From positions 82,762,708 to 82,815,745 of the forward strand of contig NC_068986.1 of NCBI RefSeq assembly GCF_001194135.2: a stretch of DNA of 53,038 nt, read 5' to 3'. The position numbers and the translations under genes were made by a program. The notes beneath the pieces are model-generated. The model was not told where the DNA came from and did not search any database. It worked only from the letters and a program-made list of their open reading frames with translations. This DNA is from Octopus bimaculoides (Eukaryota). Below, piece after piece: positions 23,842-36,269 of this stretch. Numbering within the stretch: the first letter of the stretch is position 1; each line of letters begins with the position of its first letter.

Positions 23842-24522
23842 ATGTAGAGGCTCCCCAGTTGGCTCATTAACAGGGATTTCTTCTGCTGAGACACAAGAGC
23901 AAAAATTATTGTTGCAGAAACTAAAGTATAAGAGAATAAATCTACCACAGGTTGTTGGTCATTCTGCTAGAAACATCAGCCAAATTTCTCCCAAATAACA
24001 CCCTGTCGCAAAGATGAGAAGGATATATTGTCTGAGAAAGTATGTCTTAAATAGCATCCAAATCTCCCTCAAATAACACAGTATCTTCTTATAAAAGAAG
24101 ATACACCGAATTATGAAGCGTTGGGTCAAGGATGTGATGTGCTTGATTGTAAGTCCGGCAGGCCAGAGCTAACCTGGAGCTGAACAACACCTAATATTGC
24201 TATTCACATCGAGTTTTAGCCATGACCAACCCGTCATTACCTGAGGAGCACTACACTTAAGGCCACATTATCCAATGTGTTCTTCAGTTTTTAAGACACT
24301 GTCCAAGCATAGATTTGTCTCTCGTCCTCTTAATCCAATGAAAGCTAGAGATAAGCAATTGGTCGTGTAGATCATAGTGATCAATTTTGTTCAACAAGAA
24401 CGGGCGTTATGCATGATCCTACATCAATCAATAATGGTTGGATAATTCGTTACATTGGAAGAAAAATGTACACATTGATTTATACATGGATGTGTGTGCG
24501 CACGGGTGCGTGTGTATGTGTG

Positions 24523-24555
<33 letters not shown>

Positions 24556-24579
24556 ATGTGTGTGTAACTGGAAAGCTTT

Positions 24580-24683
24580 GATTTCCAGTATTCAGAGTTA
24601 TCTCATTTCTGATTATCAACTTGTAAACCGAACCTAGTTACCAGCTGATGATCGGAAACGAACAACTCTGAGTACTGGAAATC
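24580..24683 (+). ncRNA. Hammerhead-like motif lacking a normal stem II, within a 20-bp inverted repeat
   Basis: CCAG-CTGATGA-TCG-GAAAC..GTA-CTGG (24641-24678). GATTTCCAGTATTCAGAGTT (24580-24599) matches the reverse complement of 24664-24683 at 19/20. Confidence 0.4.
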
Positions 24684-25904
24684 GAACCCTTTCCTTTATT
24701 AGGTATTAAAGAATTCTCTACATTTGTGTTGAGTCCTGTAATTTATCGCTTCAAATATATATATTGCATTTCATTCTACGTTTCATTCTTTTTCATGCTA
24801 CATATTACTGTTCGATAAATTCTCCTTGGAGAAACCTTGAGGTCATTGTCAACTACTTTAAGATAAATAAGTATTTAACTTTAAATCCTGTATTGAGTCC
24901 GTCCTTCAGTTAATGCAAATTGCTTTAGTCACTTAGAATACATTAATATATATACATGTATGCATACATATACATACATANNNNNNNNNNNNNNNNNNNN
25001 NNNNNNNNNNNNNNNNNNNNNNNNNNNNNNNNNNNNNNTATATATACACATACTATATTTACACACATGCATTCATACGTGTATGTGTGAGTGGTGTATG
25101 TGCGCGTACGTGTGTGTGTGTGTGCGTGAGTATGTGCATAAGTAATTATCAGCAAATTTTTAGACGTTTTAATAAGATTGCTGTCAGTCATTGGTAGGTA
25201 ATAGCTTCGTTTATTTCCCACTTATTGATGTGAAATACAAAACACAGATACAAAACGTTAGCAGTAGAACTATGGCAACTTGCAATATACGTTGGACAAT
25301 GTCTTGATAATGTCAAAGTTTTTATTCCATTTCTCAATAAGCATTTTAAAGATTTCCACATGTGTGCTTTCGAAATACAGAGATTGGTTAATAGGTCATA
25401 GGAAAAAATGTCAACAAAACTATTATATAAGTGAGACGACTGAAATAAGAGAGAATAGAATATGACAACTGATAAAGACTGCCATCAACGTTAATTTCTT
25501 TCTAAACTGAAAACTTGATATACTGGCATTATGGCTGATCTCCGCTCTTCCATTCTTCGAAAATTGAGACACATTAAACCATTTACATAGAATCATTTAT
25601 GCAAACAATTATTCTTGCCTTCTTCTTGTTATTTTTATGGAGTTGTTTTTTTTCTCTCCTTTCTCGTTTCTTGTTTTCTTCCATTTTACGTCATTCCTTC
25701 CTTTTACTTCTATATTCTGTATCCAATTTTGGCTTCTTTTTTTTTTCTTTCTTTCTTCGCTCTCTTTACTTTCATTCTTTCTTGTCATGTTGCTGTTGTT
25801 CTTGTGGTCGTTGCTGTCATTCTGTTGTTTTCGTTGCTGCTGTTGCTGTTGTTGAGAAAATCGTCAGCTAAACCATTTTTGCCATGTTAGTCCATCATAT
25901 ATTA

Positions 25905-26760
25905 GAGCATCAATAAAGTAAAGTTCCAGTCAAGACCTGGGGCGATTTGCTCCACTAACACCCTCGCTCCAAATTTGGGCCAATGTTAAAAAGCATTTCC
26001 GAAGATCGATAAAATATTTGGCTAGAACTGGGGTCGACGTAATCTACTAATCACACCCCTCAATGTCTTTTGTAAAGCGGCAAGCTGGCAGAATCGTTTG
26101 CACGCCGGGCGAAAAGCTTAGCGGTATTTCGTCTGCCGTTACGTTATGAGTTCAAATTCCGCCGAGGTCGACTTTGCCTTTCATCCTTTCGGAGTCGATT
26201 AAATAAGTACCAGTTGCGCACTGGGGTCGATGCAATCTTCTTAATCCCTTTGTCTGTTCTTGTTTGTCCCCTCTGTGTTTAGCCCCTTGTGGGCAATAAA
26301 GAAATAAATATGTCTTTGTGCCTAGATTAGAAAGAATTATTAAGGGCGGTAGATTGGTGAAATCGTTAGAACATCGGACAAAATTCCCAACAGTACTTCT
26401 TCTGGTTTTGTATATTCTGAGTTTAGATTCCACCAAAGTAAACCTTGCCTTTCATCGTTTTGGGGGTCAATAAAATAAAGCGCCAGTCAAGTACTTGACT
26501 CGATAGCTACTAACTAGTGTTGCTGGGCTTGTGCCTATATCAGAAACCAAAGGTAGCGCGCTAGAAGAATCGTTAGCGCGCCGGACAAAACGTTTAGCGA
26601 CATTTCGACCGTTTTTATGATCTTTGAGTTCAAATTTCGCCGAGGTCGACTTTGCCTTTCATCCTTTCATGATCGATGAAATAAGTACTAGTTGAACACT
26701 AGGGTCGATGTAATCGACTAACATCTCCCCCAAAATTTCAGGCCTTGTGCCTATAGCAGA

Positions 26761-26762
<2 letters not shown>
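25905..26762 (+). mobile_element. Tandem train of SINE-A copies: two partial at 25905-26060, 26074-26307 with the alternative tail, 26342-26548 and 26549-26762
   Basis: Repeated heads AAGGCGG..CTGGCAGAATCGTT, B boxes and cores, all on the + strand. Confidence 0.9.
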
Positions 26763-26825
<63 letters not shown>

Positions 26826-26877
26826 CTCCAGCTAAGAAGATCTGAAGAAGGAATTGTAATTCCGAAATATCATCGGA
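26826..26877 (+). ncRNA. Type I hammerhead ribozyme, short-stem-III (PLE-associated) form
   Basis: Stem I GAT (26839-41)/ATC (26872-74) plus TCC (26827-29)/GGA (26875-77) across a 9-nt bulge. Core CTGAAGA (26842-48), extra A, stem II GGAAT/ATTCC with loop TGTA, GAAA (26864-67), minimal stem III with palindromic ATAT, cleavage triplet ATC ending at 26871. Confidence 0.7.
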
Positions 26878-26984
26878 CTATAGATAACCAAATTACAACA
26901 GGTATATAGTCCATTTTTTGTTCTATAGTGCATTGTTGTACCATTCTAAACATTTTATTCTTTACTTATAATGATAATAATAAT

Positions 26985-27046
<62 letters not shown>

Positions 27047-28016
27047 TTCGACTTAACTCAAGCTTGGTCTTATTCCTGATAGAATTTATATGGGTAGCAA
27101 GTTACTACCTGTAACCTTAGATATCCAAAGCTTTCAACAATTTTTCAAGTGCTCAAAACCTTTCTGATAATCTTCCCTGTTGCAAATGTATCACTTATTA
27201 CACGCACAACTTTTACAGTTTTCATATTCCAAATCCTTGCATTTTCAAATTTTAAAGAATTGTGTATTTTTTTTATTTTTTAATCTTCTTTCTTTACAAT
27301 TCTGGAATCAAACGATCAATCAGTAAAAAACTTCACTTTTCATTCCTTGTCTATTATTTTTACATCTGGTTTATGATTTCTGTCTTCTTATCCGTTTGAA
27401 TTGGAAGATCTCCGAATTAAGCCCTTTCAACCCAATGATTATATCAAGAACTTCCAGCTTGAAACTCCTATTTCTGAGAAAGCTTTCAATGCAAAATGTT
27501 CATAACTTGGTCGTGCCTCCATTTCTTATATTCTTCCTGTGCCAACTTAGGACATTCTGCAACAATGGGTGCCACTGTCTCGTTCCAAGTTCCACAGACT
27601 CTATATTTTTCTAATACATTCTCCCCATATACATTTTCCCTCAAGTTGTTTGTTTTTATCACTTGATCCTGGGTTGCTACAATTAAGTTCTCTGTTTATT
27701 TTTCTTAATTGCCCATTTTTTTAACCAAGCCTAGGATTTTTGTTCCACATATATCTTCATTTTTGTCCTTTCTCCTATTCCCCACTTGATCACCTCTTCC
27801 TTATTCACTGTCTTTAGTAGTTTCTCTGTGCTGCTCCGAAAATATTCTAGTAGGCTTTTTCTTTCCGTCTGTACACACTCTTCCATCTTGGGCTCTCTTC
27901 AGGTACAGCAGATTGATATCAGCTTTCGGACGGTGGGCCCCATACAATGTCAACAACTTTCTAGTTTTTCTGTCAAGTTTCTTATTTCGTTTTTGATCCG
28001 ATCTACATCTTGTCAA
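27047..28016 (-). mobile_element. Dong/R4-like LINE, 3' 1 kb (thumb, CCHC knuckle, RLE, 3' UTR)
   Basis: LDRKTRKLLTLYGAHRPKADINLLYLKR; RVCGTWNETVAPIVAECPKLAQEEYKKWRHDQV; SIQTDKKT..KPDV. (TAC)n/(TAT)n tail at 26968-27046. Confidence 0.85.
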
Positions 28017-28049
28017 GTGTGCTAACGATTCTGCCAACTCACCGCCTTA
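28017..28049 (-). mobile_element. Isolated SINE-A 5' head fused to the R4-like LINE
   Basis: Reverse complement reads AAGGCGGTGAGTTGGCAGAATCGTTAGCACA and runs straight into LINE coding sequence. Confidence 0.75.
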
Positions 28050-28082
28050 ACGACGACGACGACGATGACGACGACAATAATA

Positions 28083-28263
28083 ATCTTTTCCACTATAGGC
28101 ACAAGACCTGAAATGTTAGGGAGGGGACTAGTCGATTACATCGACCCCGAAAGGACGAAAGACACAATCGACCTTGGTGGAATTTGAACTTAGAACGTAG
28201 CGACGGGCGAAATACCGCTATGCATTTTGGCCAGTGTGCTAACGATTCTACCAACTCCCCGCT
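28083..28263 (-). mobile_element. SINE family A with a 32-bp internal deletion
   Basis: Only one ATCGACCCC (28140-28148), whereas intact copies have two 32 bp apart. Confidence 0.85.
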
Positions 28264-28479
28264 TTGCTCGAGCAATAATAAGTTTACATAATTACCCAAA
28301 TATTCTTCATTTATGTAAAAATTATTGCTACAATAATATTGTTTTCATTTTATTTGAATTTCTTCATTAGGAACTAAAAAAACGATCGAGCATATTGTTG
28401 TTCTTTTTTTTTTTCATGTGTAAAAGTATAATAAAAAGTCAAAATTACATGTTAGAGGTAAAGAAAGCACATTTTTTTT

Positions 28480-30340
28480 TTATAGAATGGTTTTGTAATT
28501 AAGGAAAATGCTCGTCAGCGTTTTGATTAACATCGATTCTGTGAATGTGACCGCTGCTGTTGAACTGCAAGTGTTGATTCCTAAATGTTGTAACGTTAGG
28601 AAATTGCTGAATGAAACCGCAAGAAAAGACATGAAAGTAAATCAAAAGTGAATAATAAAAATTATTGAGTGTTTGCACTTTCTTTGTCGACAAGGAATAT
28701 CCATACAATGAGATGTTGAAGAACTATCTAATTTATATAATCTTGTACGAATGAGGGGAAAGGATGATTTCGATCTTCTGGCATTGTACAACAAAAGTGG
28801 TCCAATTTGTTTATTATAGTATTGCTCCATGACATTCAAAATGCATTCTGTTCTATAATGGCTGATTTTGTTATGAGAGTTTTAGTTGGTGAAGTAAGTA
28901 CAAACATTTTTTCAATTATTGCTGACGAATACATCGATACATCCGACAATGAACAACTTGCATTATGTATTCTTTGGATCGACAAACACTTGGTGGCGAA
29001 TGAGTAATTTCTGGGTTTTTATTGCCTATCAAATATAAAACCGCAATAATATTTTCAGTTGTTATAGATACACTCACAAGATTGATACTACAACTATGCA
29101 GGAATGTGATTTGACGGAGCGAGAAACATGGTTATAGAAAATTCTGGCGTGACCAAACATTTGAAAGAACGTCAACCAAAAGCTTTGCAACACATTGTCA
29201 AGCTCATTCTTTAAGTTTGAGCTTAAAGGAAACGACTATGTAGAGTAAGATGATGAATAACAGTAAAAAAAATATTTCTTTCATCGTGTATTCGCCAAAG
29301 AGGGTTTATTTGGTGAGTTAAAAGAAAACATGGGAGAGCCTCAAAGTAAATTTATGTCGGATAGTACGTGCCGCTTGTTTTCAACGAATTCTTGATACTT
29401 ATTCAGTCCTATTTGAGTGTTAGCAAGAATGTTTACAGCCACATTTGGATGTTAATATTCGTGTCCAGATACTTGAAGGCCCGGCTCAAATGAAACGTTT
29501 GATTTCTTCTTTCGACTAAATCCTACCCAGCTCTTATACTCGCATTCAGGCAATTTATCAAAGTCACTGCAAGCATCTAACATATCGTCAACAGATGAAC
29601 AGAGAATGACTGAAATTATTAAAGAAGTTTTTGAAAGATACGATGAATGAAAATTTATTTGACTCTTTCTTTGATGATGTCGAGTAAAAGTCAACGGCGT
29701 ACAGAGCCTGCATTAAAACGGAAGCGAAAGGCCCCCAAGAAAAATTCAAATGAGAATTGGAGAAGCTAAGATTGTTGCAGGCATGTCTATTTTGAGGCTA
29801 CAGAAACAATAATCTTTTCTATCGACAAACGTTTTATCAAGTGAGTTTATAAAGTATATTCAAGGTTGGAGACATTACTTTCTGAAGGCGATCAGTATAC
29901 AAAGATCTCATCAGAAATCAATTTTTTTTAGGAAAGGTACGCCGATGATATTGACATTAATTCTCTGATAATTCAACTTCAGACATTTGAAGTTTCTATG
30001 AGAGAGACCTCTCTTGTTTGGCTGACATTGTAGATACTTTCAAAAAGAAACAGCCAATGGCAATCATCTGCTCTTAGAAATTTATAAAAGTTATCAACTT
30101 TTACTGGTAATTCTTGCAACATCTGCTGCTGCTGAACGAACATTTTCTTTAGTTAAGTGATTAAAGTTATGTCTTCGGTCAAGAATGACATATGAGAGAT
30201 AAAATTCTCTGGTTATACTTTCATAGCACAAAGAATGGTACAGCAAAAATAAATATGGCTGTAATTGCTGCAGAATTTGTTTCCCGACATGGATGCAGGC
30301 GAAAGAATTTCACTTGATTCTTATTAGCTAAATAAAGTTT
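28480..30340 (+). mobile_element. Fossil hAT transposon, Tip100/ZMYM1-like transposase
   Basis: FSIIADEYIDTSDNEQLALCILWIDKHL (28909-28995); NLSKSLQASNISS..EPALKRKRKAP; dimerisation domain LLLVILATSAAAERTFSLVK*LKLCLRSRMT (about 30095-30190). Many stops. Confidence 0.85.
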
Positions 30341-31446
30341 TAAAACTTAGGTTGTTTTACAATCTTGATATTTCTTCATTTCATAGATATTTTACTACAC
30401 ATGTTATATAAATTTCCTGTTCACTGTACAATACACGTTACGGTCGCAGAGAAATCATATATTTATTCATGCTTACAGTCATATTTCTCCGTCACAAAAG
30501 AATAAAAAAGATAGCTATAAAGAAATTCTATATTTTTTTCATACCTGTGTTTAAGGTCAGTCATCATTTAACATAAATTTACAAATTTTAAGAACGTGGA
30601 AGTTATCAAGTGTTTTAACTATCCTCGCTGCAAGCCAACATTAATTTTGTTAGCCCCCCAACACACACACACACACACACACACATACACAACTCCGCGA
30701 TGCCTGTCAGTTTGGGGAAGTCCGTAAAAATTAGCGTTATACCTAATTTCTTCCCTTAACATTCTATCAACGATCCCATGATTACTGTCATAAACAGACA
30801 TTTCTGCAACAGAAGGGCGGCGAGGGTAGAATAAATTTGTTTATGGTGGATATACCATCTTCTTGTCAGTATACAAATATTTCAGGAATTGTCACAGACT
30901 CACCGTTTCTGTTGAATAAGTTAATATTTAACGTTTTTACTAAGTTTTTCACATCGGATGAATGTCAACATAGCGAAGCAAAGTAGCTAAATGTTAAAAT
31001 TTAGTTTTAAATGTCAATGTTGAGTAAAATGTCAACAAGATTATTGCAGGCAATGCCCACATGGAAATATTTCATGCATTAATAGACTCGCTGAATAGTG
31101 TTCTTCCATTAATCAACGGCGTTGTACTGTGTACGAATAAAGACACTTAATACTCGGTTACTCAGTCCAGTGAGAAGTAAATAAATACAATGATAGAGTG
31201 CGATGTTGTGCTAAAAGTTTGCGTATTTTTTTTGCGTTCTAAATTAAGGCATATCGTTCAATGGTAATCATTTATCGGTTCAGTTGTTTCATCACTGTAA
31301 TTCATCCACTAATCGCAGGCATTCTTCCATACATTTCTTAGCATATGACGTCCCGGATTACACTTATCCCCACCTCCCCCAAGCTGCCTTTGTGGCAAAA
31401 ATTTGAAATTATTATTGTTGTTGTTGTTGTTGTTACTATTATCATT

Positions 31447-31839
31447 AAGGCGGCGAGCTGGCAGAATCTTTGGCACGCTGGGCGAAATGCTTAGCGGTAT
31501 TTAGTCTGCCGTTGCGTTCTGAGTTCAAATTCCGCCGAGGTCGACTTTACCTTTCATCCTTTAGGGGTCGATAAATTAAGTACCAGTTACGCACTGGGGT
31601 CGATGTAATCGACTTATTCCGTTCGTCTGTTCTTGTTTGTTCCCTCTATTTTTAGCCCCTTGTGGGCAATAACGAAATAGGTATTTAGTCTGCCACTACG
31701 TTCTGAGTTCAAATTCCGCCGAGGTCGAGTTTGCTTTTCATCCTTTCAGGGTCGATAAATTAAGTACCAGTTGAATACTTGAGTACTGGAGATAATCCAA
31801 GCCTTGTGCCTATAGTAAAAGGATTATTATTATTATTAT

Positions 31840-31883
<44 letters not shown>

Positions 31884-31973
31884 GGGCAGGGAGCTGGCAG
31901 AATCATTAGCGTGCGGGCAAAATGCTTGGCGTTTCGTCCGTCTTTACGTTCAGATTTCAAATTCCGCCGAGGT
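31447..31973 (+). mobile_element. Tandem SINE-A train: 31447-31680 (alternative tail), 31681-31822 (5'-truncated, directly fused) and 31883-31973 (into gap)
   Basis: A box CTGGCAGAATC at 31458, B box GAGTTCAAATTCC at 31521; ATT/ACT repeats precede the first and third copies. Confidence 0.9.
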
Positions 31974-32247
31974 NNNNNNNNNNNNNNNNNNNNNNNNNNN
32001 NNNNNNNNNNNNNNNNNNNNNNNNNNNNNNNNNNNNNNNNNNNNNNNNNNNNNNNNNNNNNNNNNNNNNNNNNNNNNNNNNNNNNNNNNNNNNNNNNNNN
32101 NNNNNNNNNNNNNNNNNNNNNNNNNNNNNNNNNNNNNNNNNNNNNNNNNNNNNNNNNNNNNNNNNNNNNNNNNNNNNNNNNNNNNNNNNNNNNNNNNNNN
32201 NNNNNNNNNNNNNNNNNNNNNNNNNNNNNNNNNNNNNNNNNNNNNNN

Positions 32248-32315
<68 letters not shown>

Positions 32316-32319
32316 CATC

Positions 32320-33480
<1,161 letters not shown>

Positions 33481-33984
33481 GTAGGTATGGACGAAAAATT
33501 ATATAAAAATGAAGAAAGAAGCAAAGACATTATACAATATATACATGTGAGTGTGTATACGTGTTATGCGAGTAATTAGAAGAAATAAATAAATAATAAG
33601 GAAAACAAAAAATATTTAACACGAGATATCATAAAATTATTTAAACTAGCTCGGTTGAATCTGAAAACCTCCTGATTCCAATCACCTTCTCCTCCTAGCC
33701 AGCCTCATTGAAAATATTATAAACTCAGTCATTGTCCAGGTCATTCAATTTATCTCGAACTCCCCAGAGAAAATGATGGGTTTCTGGTGCGAATGCTTGA
33801 CCCCCTGTACTTGATTGGCACAATATTTTATTCACCCTAGACGGCTGGAAGACAAAGATGATCTCCATGGGATTTGAATTAGGAACGTAAAGCGTCGAAT
33901 CTATGCAACGCAAGGCACTTTATTCGATGCTCTGCAGATTCTGTCACTATTTCCCCACAGTAATAATATAAATAGTAAAAATGG

Positions 33985-34178
33985 TTTCAAATTTTAGCAC
34001 GAGGCCAGAAATTTTGAAAGCGAGAGTTAGTAGATTATATTGACCTCAATGCTTAACTGGTACTTATTTTTCGACCCCAAAAAGATGTAAGGTAAATTTG
34101 ACCTCAACAATATTGGAACGCAGAGCCGGAAAAAATGCCGGTAAGCATTTTACCGACGTACTAACAACTCTGCTCACC
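33985..34178 (-). mobile_element. SINE family A, old and degenerate
   Basis: GGTTTCAAATTTTAGCACGAGGCC tail, CTGGTACTTATTTTTTCGACCCC core. Confidence 0.7.
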
Positions 34179-34487
34179 AACTTAATATGAACAATAATAA
34201 TGATTTCTAGCATCTGCTCTTGTCTCCATTTATATACTCTTATTATCTTTTAAAACATTAAGGTCATAATTCAACAACGAATATTATAAATTTTTACATT
34301 TTCTTAGTTCCTAAACGTTCTTTGATTATATTTCTCCTGTCAGATCGCTTCTTTTTATTTTTATTATACCTAAAAATATAACAAAAGAAACACAAAATTC
34401 TTTATAAAATTATTTGTATTAAATTTAAAATCTTTGTCCTCAAAATGGGACATTGACCGTTAACAGTTTAATATTCTGTTTATGCAA

Positions 34488-34700
34488 TGCGGCGAGCTGG
34501 CAGAATCGTTAGCACGCTGGGTGAAATGCTTAGCGGTATTTCGTCTGTCTTTACGTTCAAATTTTGCCGAGGTCGACTTTGTCTTTCATCCTTTTGGGGT
34601 CGATAGATTAAGTACCAGTTTCGTACTGGGGTCGATCTAATCAACTGGTTCCCTCCCCCAAAATTTCGGGCTTTGTGCTTAGAGCAGAAAAGAATATTCT
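34488..34700 (+). mobile_element. SINE family A, full length
   Basis: GCGGCGAGCTGGCAGAATCGTTAGCACG..GTTCAAATT..core..GTGCTTAGAGCAGAAAAGAAT. Confidence 0.9.
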
Positions 34701-35663
34701 GCTTATATATTTTCGTTTCTATTCTCTCTGATGTCATCAACTGTTCAAATCCTCAGTTAACTAATCAAAACATTTGATTTTACTGCTAAACTTACAGTCA
34801 CTTTATTGATGACGTCAGTGGTTTAGACTTGGTATCACAACTGTCGGTGTTACAATAATCAGGTGCGTCGATCTAATCAATGAGATAACAATGTATTCAT
34901 TGATCCCAATTGTTATCAGATGGTTGATTCGTTCATCTGTGATAGGAGCTGATTAATCATACACGAGATTTTCTATAATTTACTCTTGACCTCGAAACCC
35001 AGTAACAAGATTAAGTGTATTGGGTACATTCACCATATTACAACTCCAATCGTTATAACCTCCATTACACGGCTTTAAGAGAGCTAATAGGTACTCGCTA
35101 AACCTACAGAAATAGCAGGTGATTCACCTTCATATCAAGGTATGCCGTCTTAAAAAGACATTTTGAATAAAATATGTTAGCACTAACATAGCTATTTCTT
35201 TTCCCGAGTAATTTCTTTCTGTGATTTAATATTTAAATATTTAAATATGCTCAATTTATTCACGCCTGCATGTCTACAATATTGTGCATCCATTAAAATA
35301 TGCTAATGTATACACACCTACACCTCTACAATATTATATATCTATCTAAATATGCTAATTTATTCACACCTACTCCTCTACAATAATATACTTCTATTTG
35401 GTGATTATCTCGTGTCTACTTCAATAAAGTGAAGCCAACGTTTCACTAAAGAGGTCCTAATAAAACCGAAACGTGTTCTTTAAATCGCACTCTGCCGTCT
35501 GATAAAAGGAAGGGAACGTCGTATAATGTAGTTCTACATACACTATGCTTTAGAAAAGATAAGACGGCCATAGTTGGAATGTTTTTTATCCTAGGTCTTC
35601 TCTATCAAGGCTTACCTGAAACTAAACAACAACAATGATCTCTAACACTGGCACAAGGCCGTA

Positions 35664-35945
35664 CATTTATAGATGGTACCATATATAGATGGCACCATAT
35701 ATAGATGGTACCATATATATAGATGGTACATATGTAATTGGTACAATCTATAGATGGTCTCATATATAAATGGTGCCGAATATAGATGGTACCATATGTA
35801 GATGATGTCTTATATAGATGGTACCTTTAAATAGATGGTACTATGTATAGATGGTACTGTCTATAAATAGTACCAGATATAGAAAGTACCATAAATAGAT
35901 GATACTATAAGTATAGATGGCACTGTATAAAGAAATACTGCATAT
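35664..35945. repeat. About 16-bp minisatellite ATATAGATGGTACCAT, roughly 18 units
   Basis: Tandem units; the best ones contain the palindrome ATGGTACCAT, and units decay toward the 3' side. Confidence 0.9.
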
Positions 35946-36269
35946 AGCTGCATGTGGATGACATCTCAGAGTAACCAACCTCATTGATTTATTAGATAAT
36001 TTAGTTTAGGGTACACTTATGACTAGGATTTTCACAGTTGGAATGTTTTCGATCATAGGTCTGCTCAACCTGTGCTGACCTGTGGTTAAATGTTATCATC
36101 ATCATCATAATCATCATCATCACCATCATCATCAGAGAGAGAAGCAGCAGAGCTCATCCGCTGCGAAGTACCGTTAATGAAAAACAGACTTGTGATTGCT
36201 TGTCAGAGAGGATTCCCTTCTTCAGTTGAAGCAATGTGATAAAGCATTAAATTGTCTTAGACTATGAAT

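Noticed and set aside
25905-26762. CRISPR-like regularly recurring repeats
   Set aside because: Eukaryotic SINE copies over 200 bp with irregular spacing; no cas genes.
34810-34817. Single perfect CRE TGACGTCA
   Set aside because: One octamer in 53 kb is expected by chance.
35438-35475. ACGTTTC-ACTAAAGA-GGT..ACC-GAAACGT, a fourth hammerhead-like string
   Set aside because: The core is mutated (CTAAAGA), and there is no valid NUH with a stem I; at best a dead remnant.
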